Assembly (NCBI GenBank): GCA_028826165.1
Contig: JAPDFW010000119.1
Coordinates: 105,526-169,525, forward strand
Origin: Anaeramoeba ignava BMAN
Taxonomy: Eukaryota > Protista > Anaeramoebae
Direction of reading: 5' to 3'
DNA length: 64,000 nt
Shown here: piece after piece, positions 1 to 13,345 of the stretch
Position numbering within the stretch: position 1 is the first letter of the stretch
Layout: every line of letters begins with the position of its first letter
Notes under the pieces: model-generated
Databases searched by the model: none
Seen by the model: only the letters and a program-made list of their open reading frames with translations
Told to the model about the DNA's origin: nothing
Position numbers and translations under genes: made by a program

Positions 1-1420
1 TACCTGATTTTCTATATTCTTCTAATCTTCTTTTTTGTGCCTTTTTTAATTTTGATTTTAATTTTGATTTTAATTTTTGGATTAAATTTTGATTTTAATT
101 TTGATTTTGATTTTGATTTTGATTTTGATTTTTATTTTTAATTTTAATTTTGATTTTAATTTTGATTTTAATATTGATATTGATTTTAATTTTAATTTTA
201 ATTTTAATTTTAATTTTAATTTTAATTTTAATATTGATATTGATATTGATTTTAATTTTAATTTTGATTTTAATTTTTGGATTTAATTTTAATTTTAATT
301 TTAATTTTGATTTTAATTTTGATTTTAATTTTAATTTTAATTTTAATTTTGATTTTGATTTTGATTTTGATTTCGATTTTGAATTTGATTTTGATTTTGA
401 TTTTAATTTTGATTTTAATTTTGATTTTGATTTTGATTTTGATTTTAATTTTGATTTTAATTTTAATTTTGATTTTAATTTTTGGATTTTGATTTTGATT
501 TTAATTTTGATTTTTGGATTAAATTCATTTTGATTTTTAATTTTATTACTTTTTTAGAGCAATAAACACAACAAGCTATCAGAATTATCAAACCAGCTAA
601 TCCTCCAAAAACTGCTCCAAAAATCTAATTTAATTTAATTTAATTTAATTTTAAGAATAAAGATAAGAATAAATATAAGAATACTGTTGCCATATATCCA
701 GGACAACTACTTGTTAGATGTTTCCAATCGCTGCAATAATCATAATCAGATCTTTTGTTTTCAAATTTAATATTAATTTTAATTTTAATTTTAATTTTAA
801 TTTTGATTTTAATTTTAATTTTAATTTTAATTTTAATTTTAATTTTGATTTTGATATTAATTTTAATTTTAATTTTTAATTTTAATTTTGATTTTTGGTT
901 TAATTTTAATTTTATTTTTGATTTTTGATTTTAATTTTAATTTTAATTTTAATTTTAATTTTTGGATTAGATTTTAATTTTAATTTTATTTTTGATTTTT
1001 ATTTTAATTTTGATTTTAATTTTAATTTTGATTTTAATTTTGATTTTGATTTTGATTTTAATTTTAATTTTGATTTTGATTTTAATTTTGATTTTAATTT
1101 TATTTTTAATTTTAATTTTTGGATTAAATTTTAATTTTAAAAAGATTAAAAAAAAGAAGAAGAACTTACACACTATCATAACAATGCTTATTAGTTTCAC
1201 ACCATTCACAATCAAAATCATCTAAACAAGAAGTACATTTTGTATAAGAACTGATCTCAAAATATTAATTTAATTGTTTATTTGTTTTAAAAAAGCAAAA
1301 GAGTTAATTTTTGTTTCTTTTTTTTTTATTTTTATTTTTATTATTTTTATTTTATTTTTACGTGCAAATTGTGCTAAAAACCGAACCAATAATTAATAAA
1401 AAATAAAAGAAAGTGATCAT
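1..1420 (-). CDS. PSI-domain single-pass membrane protein (PTTG1IP-like), copy A, 3' end outside the window
   Basis: Spliced manually: ATG at 1420 (MITFFYFLLIIGSVFSTIC), Cys exon CTSCLDDFDCEWCETNKHCYDS, exon SDYDYCSDWKHLTSSCPGYMAT, TM exon IFGAVFGGLAGLIILIACCVYCSK. GT-AG introns match those of the paralogs. Confidence 0.8.
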
Positions 1421-1632
1421 AATAAAAAAAAAAGAAAGAAAAAAAATGAAAATAAATTGATCGAAATAAATTTTTATTTTGATTGATTTTTTTTTAAATA
1501 TTTTTTTATTTTCGTTTTATTATTTTTTTTTTGGAAGAAAAAAATTGAAAGAAAAAAAAAGAAGAATAAAAAAAATCAATCAAAAAAAAGAAGAATAAAA
1601 AAAAAATCAAATCAAATCAAAAATAATTGATT

Positions 1633-3518
1633 TTAATTATTTTGAGTTGGATTTTGTTGAGGATTATAAGTTGAAAAATCAGGGAAATTCATTCCAACAG
1701 GACCTTGATAATTAGGAGGTTGAAAATTATTATCAGGTTGAGAGAAATTCATTCCAGTTGGTCCTTGATAATTTGGTTCTTGATAATTTAATTGGAAATT
1801 TGGTTGTTGATAATTTGGTTGATAACTTGGTTCTTGATAAGTTGGTTGATAACTTGGTTGATAAGGTGGTTCTTGATAAGTTGGTTCTTGATAAGTTGGT
1901 TGATAACTTGGTTGTTGAATTGTTGTTGTTATTGTAACTGGTTTTAAATCAAGTTTATTAGCTGATTTTCTGTATTCTTCTAATCTGTTGTTTTGTGCCT
2001 TTTTTATATTTTGATTTTAATTATGATTTTAATTTTATAAATGAATTTAAATTTTAATTTTAATTTTAATTATGATTTTAATTTTAATTTTAATTTTAAT
2101 TTTAATTTTAATTTTAATTTTAATTTTAATTTTAATTTTAATTTTAATTTTAATTTTAATTTTAATTTTAATTTTAATTTTAATTTTAATTTTAATTTTA
2201 ATTTTAATTTTAATTTTATAAATGAATTTTAATTTTAATTTTAATTATGATTTTGATTTTAATTTTATAAATGAATTTAAATTTTAATTTTAATTTTAAT
2301 TTTAATTATGATTTTAATTTTAATTTTAATTTTAATTTTAATTTTAATTTTAATTTTAATATTAATTTTAATTTTAATTTTAATTTTAATTTTAATTTTA
2401 ATTTTAATTTTAATTTTAATTTTATAAATGAATTTTAATTTTAATTTTAATTTTAATTTTAATTTTATAAATGAATTTTAATTTTAATTTACTCTTCTGG
2501 CGCAATAAACACAACAACATATAAGAATTATCAAACCTGCTATTGCTCCAAAAACTGCTCCTAAAATCTAATTTAATTTAATTTAATTTAATTTAATTTC
2601 AATATAAAAAAGTGGAATTTAAATTAAATAAAAATAAGAATGTACTGTTGCTAAATATCCCGGACAATTACTTTTGATATATTTCCAATCATTGCAATAA
2701 TCATAATCAGATCTTTTGTTTTCAAATTTGATTTTAATTTTAATTTTTAATTTTAATTTTAATTTTAATTTTAATTTTAATTTTAATTTTAATTTTAATT
2801 TTAATTTTAATTTTGATTTTGATTTTGATTTTAATTTTGATTTTAATTTTAATTTTAATTTTTAATTTTAATTTATAATTTTGATTTTATAAATGAATTT
2901 TAATTTTATTTTTGATTTTGATTTTAATTTTAATTTTAATTTTAATTTTAATTTTAATTTTAATTTTAATTTTAATTTTAATTTTAATTTTAATTTTAAT
3001 TTTAATTTTAATTTTAATTTTAATTTTAATTTTAATTTTAATTTTAATTTTAATTTTAATTTTAATTTTAATTTTAATTTTTATTTTAATTTTAATTTTT
3101 AATTTTAATTTTTAATTTTGATTTTAATTTTAATTTTGATTTTTATTTTAATTTTGATTTTAATTTTAATTTTAATTTTAAATTTAATTTTAAATTTAAT
3201 TTTAATTTTTATTTTTAAATTTAATTTTAATTTTAATTTTAATTCTTATTTTAATTTTAAAAAAAAGAAAAGAAAAATACTTACGTGCTATCATAACAAT
3301 GTTTATTAGTTTCACACCATTCACAAAATATATCATCTAAACAAGAAGTGCATTTTGTTTTTGAACTAATAAAAAAAAAATTGTTTATTTAAATTTTTTT
3401 TGTTTATTTAAATTTTTTTTTTTTATTTTTATTTTTATTAGTTCATTATTATTTTTTACGTGCAAGTTGTGCTAAAAACTGAACCAATAATTAATAAAAA
3501 ATAAAAGAAAGTGATCAT
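1633..3518 (-). CDS. PSI-domain single-pass membrane protein (PTTG1IP-like), copy B, 5 exons
   Basis: Signal peptide MITFFYFLLIIGSVFS; CTSKTKCTSCLDDIFCEWCETNKHCYDSTSDYDYCNDWKYIKSNCPG; TM ILGAVFGAIAGLIILICCCVYCARR; cytoplasmic (QEPTY/QPSY/QPNY)n tail ending PTQNN*. All four introns are GT-AG and keep the frame. Confidence 0.85.
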
Positions 3519-3651
3519 AATAAAAAAAAGAAAGAAAAAAGAAAGAAAAAAAATGAAAAAAAATTTTTTTAAAACAAAAAACAAAAAAAAAAGGGAAATT
3601 AAATTAAATTTAAATTAAGAATTGATTTGAATTTTGTGAGAAATAATAAAT

Positions 3652-5225
3652 TTAAAGATCATGATGACTCATTTCGACTTTATTTTCTAAATTATTATTT
3701 TGGAATTCTTGATAATTTGTTTCTTGATAACTTAATATTGGATTTAATTCTTGATTATTTGATTCATAATTTAATTCAGAATTTTGTTCTTTATTGTTTG
3801 GATCTGATATTATTGTTGGATTTGGAGAATCTTCTAATTTGAGATTATCGACAGAATTATGTTGTTTTTTTTTCGAAAAGGCTTTTTTCCTTGACTTATT
3901 TTTTTTTGGATTTTATTTTAATTTTCATTTTGATTTTGATTTTGATTTTAATTTTAATTTTAATTTTAATTTTAATTTTGATTTTAATTTTAATTTTAAT
4001 TTTGATTTTGATTTTAATTTTAATTTTAATTTTAATTTTAATTTTAATTTAAATTTTGGTTTTAATTTTGATTTTAATTTTTGGATTTAATTTTAATTTT
4101 GATTTTAATTTTAATTTTAATTTTGATTTTAATTTTGATTTTAATTTTGATTTTAATTTTGATTTTGATTTTGATTTTAATTTTGATTTTAATTTTAAAT
4201 TTTAATTTTGATTTTAATTTTGATTTTGATTTTGATTTTGATTTTAATTTTGATTTTGATTTTTGGATTTGATTTTGATTTTAATTTTGATTTTGATTTT
4301 GATTTTGATTTTGATTTTAATTTTAATTTTAATTTTAATTTTGATTTTGATTTTGATTTTGATTTTAATTTTGATTTTAATTTTAAATTTTAAATTTTAT
4401 TTTGATTTTGATTTTGATTTTGATTTTGATTTTGATTTTGATTTTGATTTTGATTTTAATTTTGATTTTGATTTTTATTTTTAATTTTAATTTTAATTTT
4501 GATTTTGATTTTGATTTTGATTTTGATTTTGATTTTGATTTTAATTTTAATTTTGATTTTAATTTTGATTTTGATTTTGATTTTGATTTTAAATTTTAAA
4601 TTTTGATTTTAATTTTGATTTTAATTTTGATTTTAATTTTGATTTTAATTTTGATTTTGATTTTGATTTTGATTTTGATTTTGATTTTAAAAATACTTTT
4701 TGAATCCAAAACAAAGAACAAATAATAATTAAAATAACAGCTGCTAATCCACCTAAATATGCTCCTAAAACCTAAATAAAAATAATTAAAATAAATAAAA
4801 ATAATTAAAATAATTAAAATAATTAAAATAATTAAAATAATTAAAATAATTAAAATAAATAAATACTGTTGGTAAAGATTCAGTGCATTGACTTGAATTT
4901 TCTTTCCATTCATCGCAAGAATTATAAAAAGATCTTTTAATTTTCAGTTTAAATTGGGATAGAAAATGTGATTTTGATTTGGATTTTTTGGAATTAAAAT
5001 AAAAAAGAAAAATAATTTACTTATTTTCATAACATTCATGATTAGTTTGACACCAATAACAATTAATTTCATTTGTACAAGAAGAACAAGTTTCTGAACT
5101 ATCCAAAGTATAAAATATAAAATATAAAATAAAAGAAAAGAAATTATTTTTATTTTTATTTATTTTTACATGCAATTTTGGTTCAAAACTGAATTAATAA
5201 ATAAGAATAAAAGAATAATTTTCAT
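3652..5225 (-). CDS. PSI-domain single-pass membrane protein, copy C (divergent), 5 exons
   Basis: MKIILLFLFINSVLNQNC / SETCSSCTNEINCYWCQTNHECYEN / SFYNSCDEWKENSSQCTESLPT / VLGAYLGGLAAVILIIICSLFWIQK / tail ending EMSHHDL*. Confidence 0.8.
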
Positions 5226-5369
5226 TTTAAAAAAAAAATGAAATTAAAATTTGTTTTTTTTTTCTTTTTCATTCAATAAAAAAAGCAAAAAAAAAAGAAA
5301 GTGGAACAAAAGAGGGCAAAATAAAGGAAAAAAAGAAAAATGAAAAGAGAAAAAAAGCAAATAGACTTT

Positions 5370-7542
5370 TTAATTATTTTGAGAAGGATTATAATTAGGA
5401 GGTTGAAAATTATTATCAGGATGAGGGAAATTCATTTGAAGAGGAGGTTGGAAATTATTATCAGGACCTTGATAATTTGGAGGTTGAAAATTTGGTTCTT
5501 GATAATTTGGTTGAAAATTGGTTGTTGGAAATTTGGTTCTTGATAATTTGGTTGAAAATTTGGTTCTTGATAATTTGGTTGATAATTTGGTTGATAACTT
5601 GGTTGAAAGTTTGGTTCATAATTTGGTTTGTAATTTGGTTCATAATTGGGTTCCTGTAATGTTGTGGGTGTAGTTACAGTTACTGGTTTGAGACTAATAT
5701 TATTGTTTGATGATGTATAAGATTGTAATTTTTTTTTCTGTGCCTTTTTTTTAAAATAAATTAATTTTTTAATTTTAATTTTGATTTTAATTTTGATTTT
5801 AATTTTAATTTTAATTTTGATTTTAATTTTGATTTTAATTTTGATTTTGAATTTTAATTTTAATTTTGATTTTGATTTTGATTTTGATTTTGATTTTAAT
5901 TTTGATTTTGATTTTGATTTTGATTTTGATTTTAATTTTGATTTTAATTTTGATTTTGATTTTTGATTTTGATTTTGATTTTGATTTTAATTTTAATTTT
6001 AATTTATATTTACTCTTCTAACTAAACAAACACAACAAATAGAAAGGATTATAACACCTGCTATTGCTCCAAAAACTGCTCCTAAAATCTAATTTAATTT
6101 AATTAAATTTAATTTAATTAATAAAAATAAAAAAATTGGATTAAAATTGAATTATACTTTTGCTAAATATCCAGGACAATCACTTTTGAAATATTTCCAA
6201 TCGCTACAATTTTCATTATCCAATCTGTGAATTTATTTCAATTAAATTGAATTGAATATTGAATTGAATTAAATATTGAATTGAATTAAATATTGAATTA
6301 AATTGAATATTGAATTAAATTAAATTGAATATTGAATTGAATTAAATATTAAATTAAATATTGAATTAAATTGAATATTAAATTGAATATTGAATTAAAT
6401 TAAATATTGAATTAAATATTGAAAATTGAATTAAATATTGAATTGAATATTGAATTAAATATTGAATTGAATATTAAATTGAATATTGAATTAAATTAAA
6501 TATTGAATTGAATTGAATATTGAATTAAATATTGAATTGAATTAAATATTGAATTAAATATTGAATTGAATTAAATATTGAATTGAATTAAATATTGAAA
6601 TGAAATTGAATTAAATATTAAATTGAATTGAATATTGAATTAAATATTGAATTGAATTAAATATTGAATTAAATTGTTGAATTAAATATTAAATTGAATA
6701 TTTGAATTAAATATTGGTTGAATATTGAAAATTGAATATTGAAATAAAAATAAAAATAAAAATGAATTGAATATTGTCATAAATTTTGAATCCTGAATAT
6801 TAAATTCAAAAATATTGAATTGAATATTGAAATTTAAATTAAATAAGGGAAAAATAAAAATTAAATATTAAATTGAATTAAAAAGAAAATTAAAAGAAAA
6901 AAAAAGGAAAAATTTTGAATTGAATTGAATATTGAATTAAATATTGAATATTGAATAAATATTGATTTAAATATAAAAATGAATATTAAATTAAATATTG
7001 AATTGAATATTAAATTAAATATTGAATTAAATATTAAATTAAATATTGAATTAAATATTGAATTGAAAATTGAATTAAATATTGAATTAAATTGAATATT
7101 GAATTAAATATTGAATTAAATTGAATATTAAATTAAATATTGAATTAAATATTGAATTGAATTGAATATTGTATTAAATTAAATTGAATTGAAAATTAAA
7201 GATGATCTGGAATTGATTTGAATTGAATTGAGTTGAATTATTGAATGTTGAATTGAATACTAAATTAAAAAAATAAAATAAAAAATGATTTACGTGCTGT
7301 CATAACATTTTTTATTATCCTCACACCAATCACATAAATAACTTGTCAAACAACTTTCACAAGAAGTTTGTGAACTATTTACAAAACAAAAAAAAAGGGA
7401 AAAATAAAAAAAATTGATAATTTGATGAAATTAATTAAAAAGAAAATGAAAAGAAAACAAAAAGGAAAAAAAAATTTTTTTCTTACGTGCAACTTGTAAA
7501 AACAGAACCAATAATTAATAAAAAAGTCAAGAAAATAAACAT
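5370..7542 (-). CDS. PSI-domain single-pass membrane protein, copy D, 5 exons
   Basis: MFIFLTFLLIIGSVFTSC; CESCFDKLFMCDWCEDNKKCYDS; CSDWKYFKSDCPGYLAK; TM ILGAVFGAIAGVIILSICCVCLVRR; (QPNY/EPNF)n tail. Confidence 0.8.
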
Positions 7543-7839
7543 CTTTAATTTAGAAAATAAAAAAATGAATTTCCAATTTTTATTTCATTTTTTTTATTTA
7601 AAATTTTTTTAATAAGAAAAAAGGAAAAAGAAAAAAGAGAGAATAAAAAGAAAATGAAATCAAAAGTGGCAAAAATGATAAAAAAAATTTAATTTTGTGA
7701 TCGTTTTTGTAAAAATTTTCTTCTTTATTAAAATGAAATCAACCAAACAAACAAAGAAAAGAATTGAAAAGAAAGAAAAGAAAAGAAAAGATTGAAAAGA
7801 AAAATAAATTCCAAAAACAAAAATGAATGAAAAATTTTT

Positions 7840-9848
7840 TCAGTTGAAATTTGAATTAAAATTTTGATTTTGAAAATCATTTTGGAAATTAGATTGAGAA
7901 AAATCCATTCCGATTGGACCTTGATAATTTGGATCTTGGTAACTTGGACCTTGATAATTTGGTTGAAAATTTGGATCTTGAAAATTCTTTGAAGGTTCTT
8001 GATAATTTGGTTGAAAATTTGGATCTTGGAAATTCTTTGAAGGTTCTTGATAATTTGATTGAAAATTTGGATCTTGATAATTTGGTTGGAAATTTGGTTG
8101 ATAAGTTGGTTGAAAAGTTGGTTGGTAATTTGGTTGGAAAGTTGGTTCTTGATAATTTGATTGATAATTTGGTTGATAATTTGAATCTTGATAAGTTGGT
8201 TGAAAATTTGGTTCTTGAATTGGTTGTGTTCCTACTTGTACTTTTTCAAGAGTAACTGAATTTCCAGCTGCTTGTCTTTGATTAGCAATATTTCTTGCTC
8301 TCTTTCATTTTTGATATTAAATTGAATATTAAATTGAATTGATTTAATGTAATTTGATTTGATTTGATTTGATTTAATTTGATTTGATTTGATTTAATTT
8401 GATTTGATTTGATTTAATTTAATTTAATTTAATTTGATTTAATGTAATTTGATTTAATGTAATTTTGATTTTGATTTGATTTAATGTAATTTGATTTAAT
8501 TTTGATTTTGATTTGATGTAATTTGATTTAATGTAATTTGATTTGATTTGATTTAATTTGATTTAATTTGATTTGATTTGATTTGATTTAATTTAATTTG
8601 ATTTAATTTAATTTGATTTAATTTGATTTGATTTGATTTTGATTTGATTTAATTTGATTTAATTTTGATTTGATTTGATTTAATTTTGATTTGATTTGAT
8701 TTGATTTGATTTGATTTGATTTAATTTTGATTTGATTTGATTTGATTTAATTTGATTTAATGTAATTTGATTTGATTTGATTTAATTTAATTTAATTTAA
8801 TTTGATTAAAATTTAATTGCAAAAAAATTACTCTTTGAGCAAAGCAAATACAACAAATCATTAGAATGATGCAACCTGCTACTGATCCAAGAACTGCTCC
8901 AATAATCTAAATGAATTAAAAAGTAAAAAAAATGAGAATTTCAAAATTTATCAAATCAATCCAAAAAAAAAATAAAGGAAAAATGAAAATAAAAAGATAA
9001 TTACAACTGCTACATTTTCTGGACATGAACTTTGATCAAAATACCAATCACTACAACTTGGATCATCAGACCTTTTAGAAGGAAATTGAATATTGAATAT
9101 TAAATATTAAATTGAATTGAATTAAATATTAAATATTGAATTAAATTAAATATTAAATTAAATATTAAATTGAATATTCAATATTGAATATTAAATATTA
9201 AATTGAATTAAATATTGAATATTAAATTGAATATTAAATTGAATTAAATATTGAATTGAATATTGAATTAAATATTGAATTGAATTGAATTAAATATTAA
9301 ATTGAATTAAATATTAAAAATTAAATATTAAATTAAATATTAAATTGAATATTAAATATTAAATTGAATTGAATTAAATATTAAATTGAATTGAATTAAA
9401 TATTGAATATTAAATATTAAATTGAATTGAATATTAAATATTAAATTGAATTGAATTAAATATTAAATTAAATATTGAATTAAATATTAAATATTAAATT
9501 AAAATGGTTAAAAAGAATTAATGACTCACATTAGATAATAACAATGTTTATCACTTTGACACCAATTACAACTATAACCTGAAACACAACTCTTACAAGA
9601 ACTTTCTGAACTAAATAGGAAAAATTTTTTTAATAAAATATTAAATTAATTTAATTTATTTTATTAAATTTTTTTTTTTGATGAAACAAAAAAGGAAAAA
9701 AATTTTTTTTGTTATTTCAAAATAATCAAAATCAAAATCAATAAAATAAAATAAAATGATCAAAAGAAATTTAAATAATTTACCTGCAAGTACTAAAAAC
9801 AGAATTAATCAAAAAAAATCCAATAAAGAAATAAATCAAAAATTGCAT
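7840..9848 (-). CDS. PSI-domain single-pass membrane protein, copy E, 5 exons
   Basis: MQFLIYFFIGFFLINSVFSTC; CKSCVSGYSCNWCQSDKHCYY; CSDWYFDQSSCPENVAV; TM IIGAVLGSVAGCIILMICCICFAQR; (QPNY/DPNF)n tail. The + strand ORF 7914-8255 is its antisense shadow. Confidence 0.8.
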
Positions 9849-10024
9849 AAAAAATAAATGAAAATGAATGAAAAAAAAATGATTTTTAAAAAAGATTAAA
9901 TTTTTAAATTTAATTTAAATTGAAATTTTGATTTTTAAAAAATTATTTGGAAAAAAAATATGGAAAAAATGAAAAATTTGTTTTTATTTTTTCTCATTTT
10001 TTTTCTCATTTAAATAAAAACAAA

Positions 10025-13000
10025 ATGAATATTTGGCAAATATTAGAAAAAAATGATATCAAATTATTAAATCAAATAGAATTCATTCCAAAAGCAAATT
10101 TAGTAAAAAAAGACAAAACATGTTTACATTTTGCTTGTAAAAAGAATTCTATTGAAATTATTCAATTCTTAATTAATAAAGGAATTGATATAAATGCAAA
10201 AACAAAAAATAATGAAAATTGTTTACATTTTGCTTGTAAAAAGAATTCTATTGAAGTTATTAAATTCTTAATTAATAAAGGAGCTGATATAAATGCAAAA
10301 ACAAAAAATAATTCAACATGTTTACATTTTGCTTGCCAAAATAATTCTATTGAAGTTATTCAATTTTTAATCAATAAAGGACTTGATTTAAATGCAAAAA
10401 CAAAAGATAATGAAAATTGTTTACATTTTGCTTGTAAAAAGAATTCTATTGAAGTTATTCAATTCTTAATTAATAAAGGACTTGATTTAAATACAAAAAC
10501 AAAAAATAATTCAACATGTTTACATTTTGCTTGTAAAAAGAATTCTATTGAAATTATTCAATTCTTGATTAATAAAGGAATTGATATAAATGCAAAAACA
10601 AAAAATAATTTGAATTGTTTACATTTTGCTTGTCAAAATAATTCTATTGAAATTATTCAATTCTTGATTAATAAAGGACTTGATATAAATACAAAAACAA
10701 AAGAAGATGAAAATTGTTTACATTTTGCTTGTAAAAAGAATTCTATTGAAATTATTCAATTCTTGATTAATAAAGGACTTGATTTAAATGCAAAGAACAA
10801 AAGATAATGAAAATTGTTTACATTTTGCTTGTCAAAATAATTCTATTGAAATTATTCAATTCTTAATCAATAAAGGAATTGATTTAAATACAAAAACAAA
10901 AAATAATGAAAATTGTTTACATTCTGCTTGTAAAAATAATTCTATTGAAATTATTCAATTCTTGATTAATAAAGGAATTGATTTAAATGCAAAAACAAAA
11001 AATAATTCAACATGTTTACATTTTGCTTGTCAATTTAATTCTATTGAAGTTATTCAATTTTTAATCAATAAAGGAATTGATTTAAATGCAAAAACAAAAG
11101 AAGATGAAAATTGTTTACATTTTGCTTGTCAATTTAATTCTATTGAAATTATTCAATTTTTAATCAATAAAGGACTTGATATAAATGCAAAAACGCATTA
11201 CAATTTGTCAGCATTACATTACTCTTCTTTCAATAACTCAAAAGAAGTTATTAAATTCTTGATTGATAAAGGAATCGATATAAATACAAAAACAAAAGAA
11301 GATGAAAATTGTTTACATTTTGCTTGTCAAAATAATTCTATTGAAATTATTCAATTCTTAATTAATAAAGGAATCGATTTAAATGCAAGAACAAAAGATA
11401 ATGAAAATTGTTTACATTTTGCTTGTCAAAATAATTCTATTGAAGTTATTAAATTCTTAATTGATAAAGGACTTGATATAAATGAAAAAATAAAAAATAA
11501 TTCAACATGTTTACATTTTGCTTGTCAATATAATTCTATTGAAGTTATTAAATTCTTGATTGATAAAGGACTTGATATAAATGCAAAAACAAAAAATAAT
11601 TCAACATGTTTACATTCTGCTTGTCAATTTAATTCTATTGAAGTTATTCAATTCTTAATTGATAAAGGACTTGACATAAATGCAAAAACAAAAAATAATT
11701 TGAATTGTTTACATTCTGCTTGTCAATTTAATTCTATTGAAGTTATTCAATTCTTAATTGACAAAGGACTTGATATAAATGAAAAAACAAAAAATAATTC
11801 AACATGTTTACGTTTTGCTTGTGAATATAATTCTATTGAAGTTATTAAATTCTTGATTGATAAAGGAGCTGATATAAATTCAAAAACAAAAAACAATGAA
11901 AATTGTTTACATTCTGCTTGTAAAAATAATTCTATTGAAATTATTAAATTCCTAATTGAAAAAGGACTTGATATAAATGAAAAAACAAAATTTGATACAT
12001 CACCTTTTCATCTTGTCTGCCAATATAATTCTATTGAAGTTATTAAATATTTAGTTGAGAAAGGAGCTGATATAAATGCATATACTTATTGGAAAGAAAC
12101 ACCTTTATATTTTGCTTGCCAATATAATTCTATTGAAGTTATCGAATATTTGGTTAATAAAGGAGCTGATATAAATGAAAAAACAAAATTTGATACATCA
12201 CCTTTGCATCTTGTCTGCCAATATAATTCTATTGAAGTTATTAAGTATTTAGTTGAGAAAGGAGCTGATATAAATGCGAAAAAAAAACATAATTTAAATT
12301 GCTTACATTTAGCTTGCCAATATAATTCACAACTTGAAATTATAAAATATTTAGTTGATAAAGGGATTGATATAAATGAAAAAACAGAAAATGATTTGAA
12401 TTGCTTACATTTAGTTTGTCAATATAATCCACAACTTGAAATTATCAAGTATTTATTTGAGAAAGGGATTGATATAAATGCAAAAACAACCCAAAACAAA
12501 ACAGCCATTTCAATACTTATTGAATTGAAAAATCAAAATGGCATCAAGTTTTTATTAATGAATGGCGCAGATATTACAGACTTGGAAAAAGAAAAATTTA
12601 CAAATGAATTTACTGAAATGCTTATGAAAGTTTATTCAATTAACCAAGATTTGAATAACTTGCTAAATTCACAAGAAGATTTCTTCGATTTCCAAATCAA
12701 ATGCAAAGATTCTTTCCATTTTCATCTCCATAAATTGATTTTATTATTAAGATTTGATAGCAATAACACAATTTTACAAAAATTTATCAACATTTGCCAA
12801 CAAAAACCAAAAGAAGATGTTCAACTTGCTTTGAATTTTATTTACACTGGGTTTTTTGATTTGGATCAATTCCAAAAATTAATCAACGAAAATGAAATCA
12901 TTTCAACATTTTTCAAAGAAATTGGATTGGATTCAAATTGGATTGAATCAAAAAAAGGAAGAAAAGGAATAATAAAAGATTTATCCAATTTATATCAACA

Positions 13001-13286
13001 AAACGAAACAAAAGATTTTACAATCATTTGCGAAGAAAAAGAAATCAAGGCTCATAAACTCATTTTATTCGCAAGAAGTGAATTATTTAAGGGAATGTTT
13101 TTAAATGTTCAAGATCCATCCAATAAAGTTCATGATTATTCAGGAAAATCATTTGAAACAATTCAACAATTGGTTTATTTTCTTTATCATGATCAATTTG
13201 ATGAAACAAAAGAAATCAAAGAAGAATTTGAAGATTTGAAAGATTATTATCAATTAAATCAAAATTCAATAATTGATTTAATTTGA
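10025..13286 (+). CDS. Ankyrin-repeat (~25 x 33 aa) protein with C-terminal tandem BTB/POZ domains; one frameshift at ~10793
   Basis: ORFs 9947-10807 and 10788-13286 join at an extra A (gcaaagaaca vs gcaagaaca in a sister repeat). Repeat consensus CLHFACxxNSIEIIQFLINKGxDINAKT. BTB motifs DFQIKC..FHLHKLIL and KDFTII..AHKLILFARSELF. Confidence 0.88.
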
Positions 13287-13345
13287 AAATTTATAAAGAA
13301 AAAAAGAAATGTTTGATTTTTTTGTTTCATTTTCGTTTTATTGGT

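Noticed and set aside
89-5966. Many ORFs encoding poly-IL, NF/DF or KI (also at 24943, 47698, 56064-57048, 59081)
   Set aside because: They are translations of hexamer microsatellites in introns or intergenic DNA.
5340-8255. + strand ORFs rich in LDNLV or LIIW
   Set aside because: Antisense shadows of the PxY-repeat tails of PSI copies D and E.
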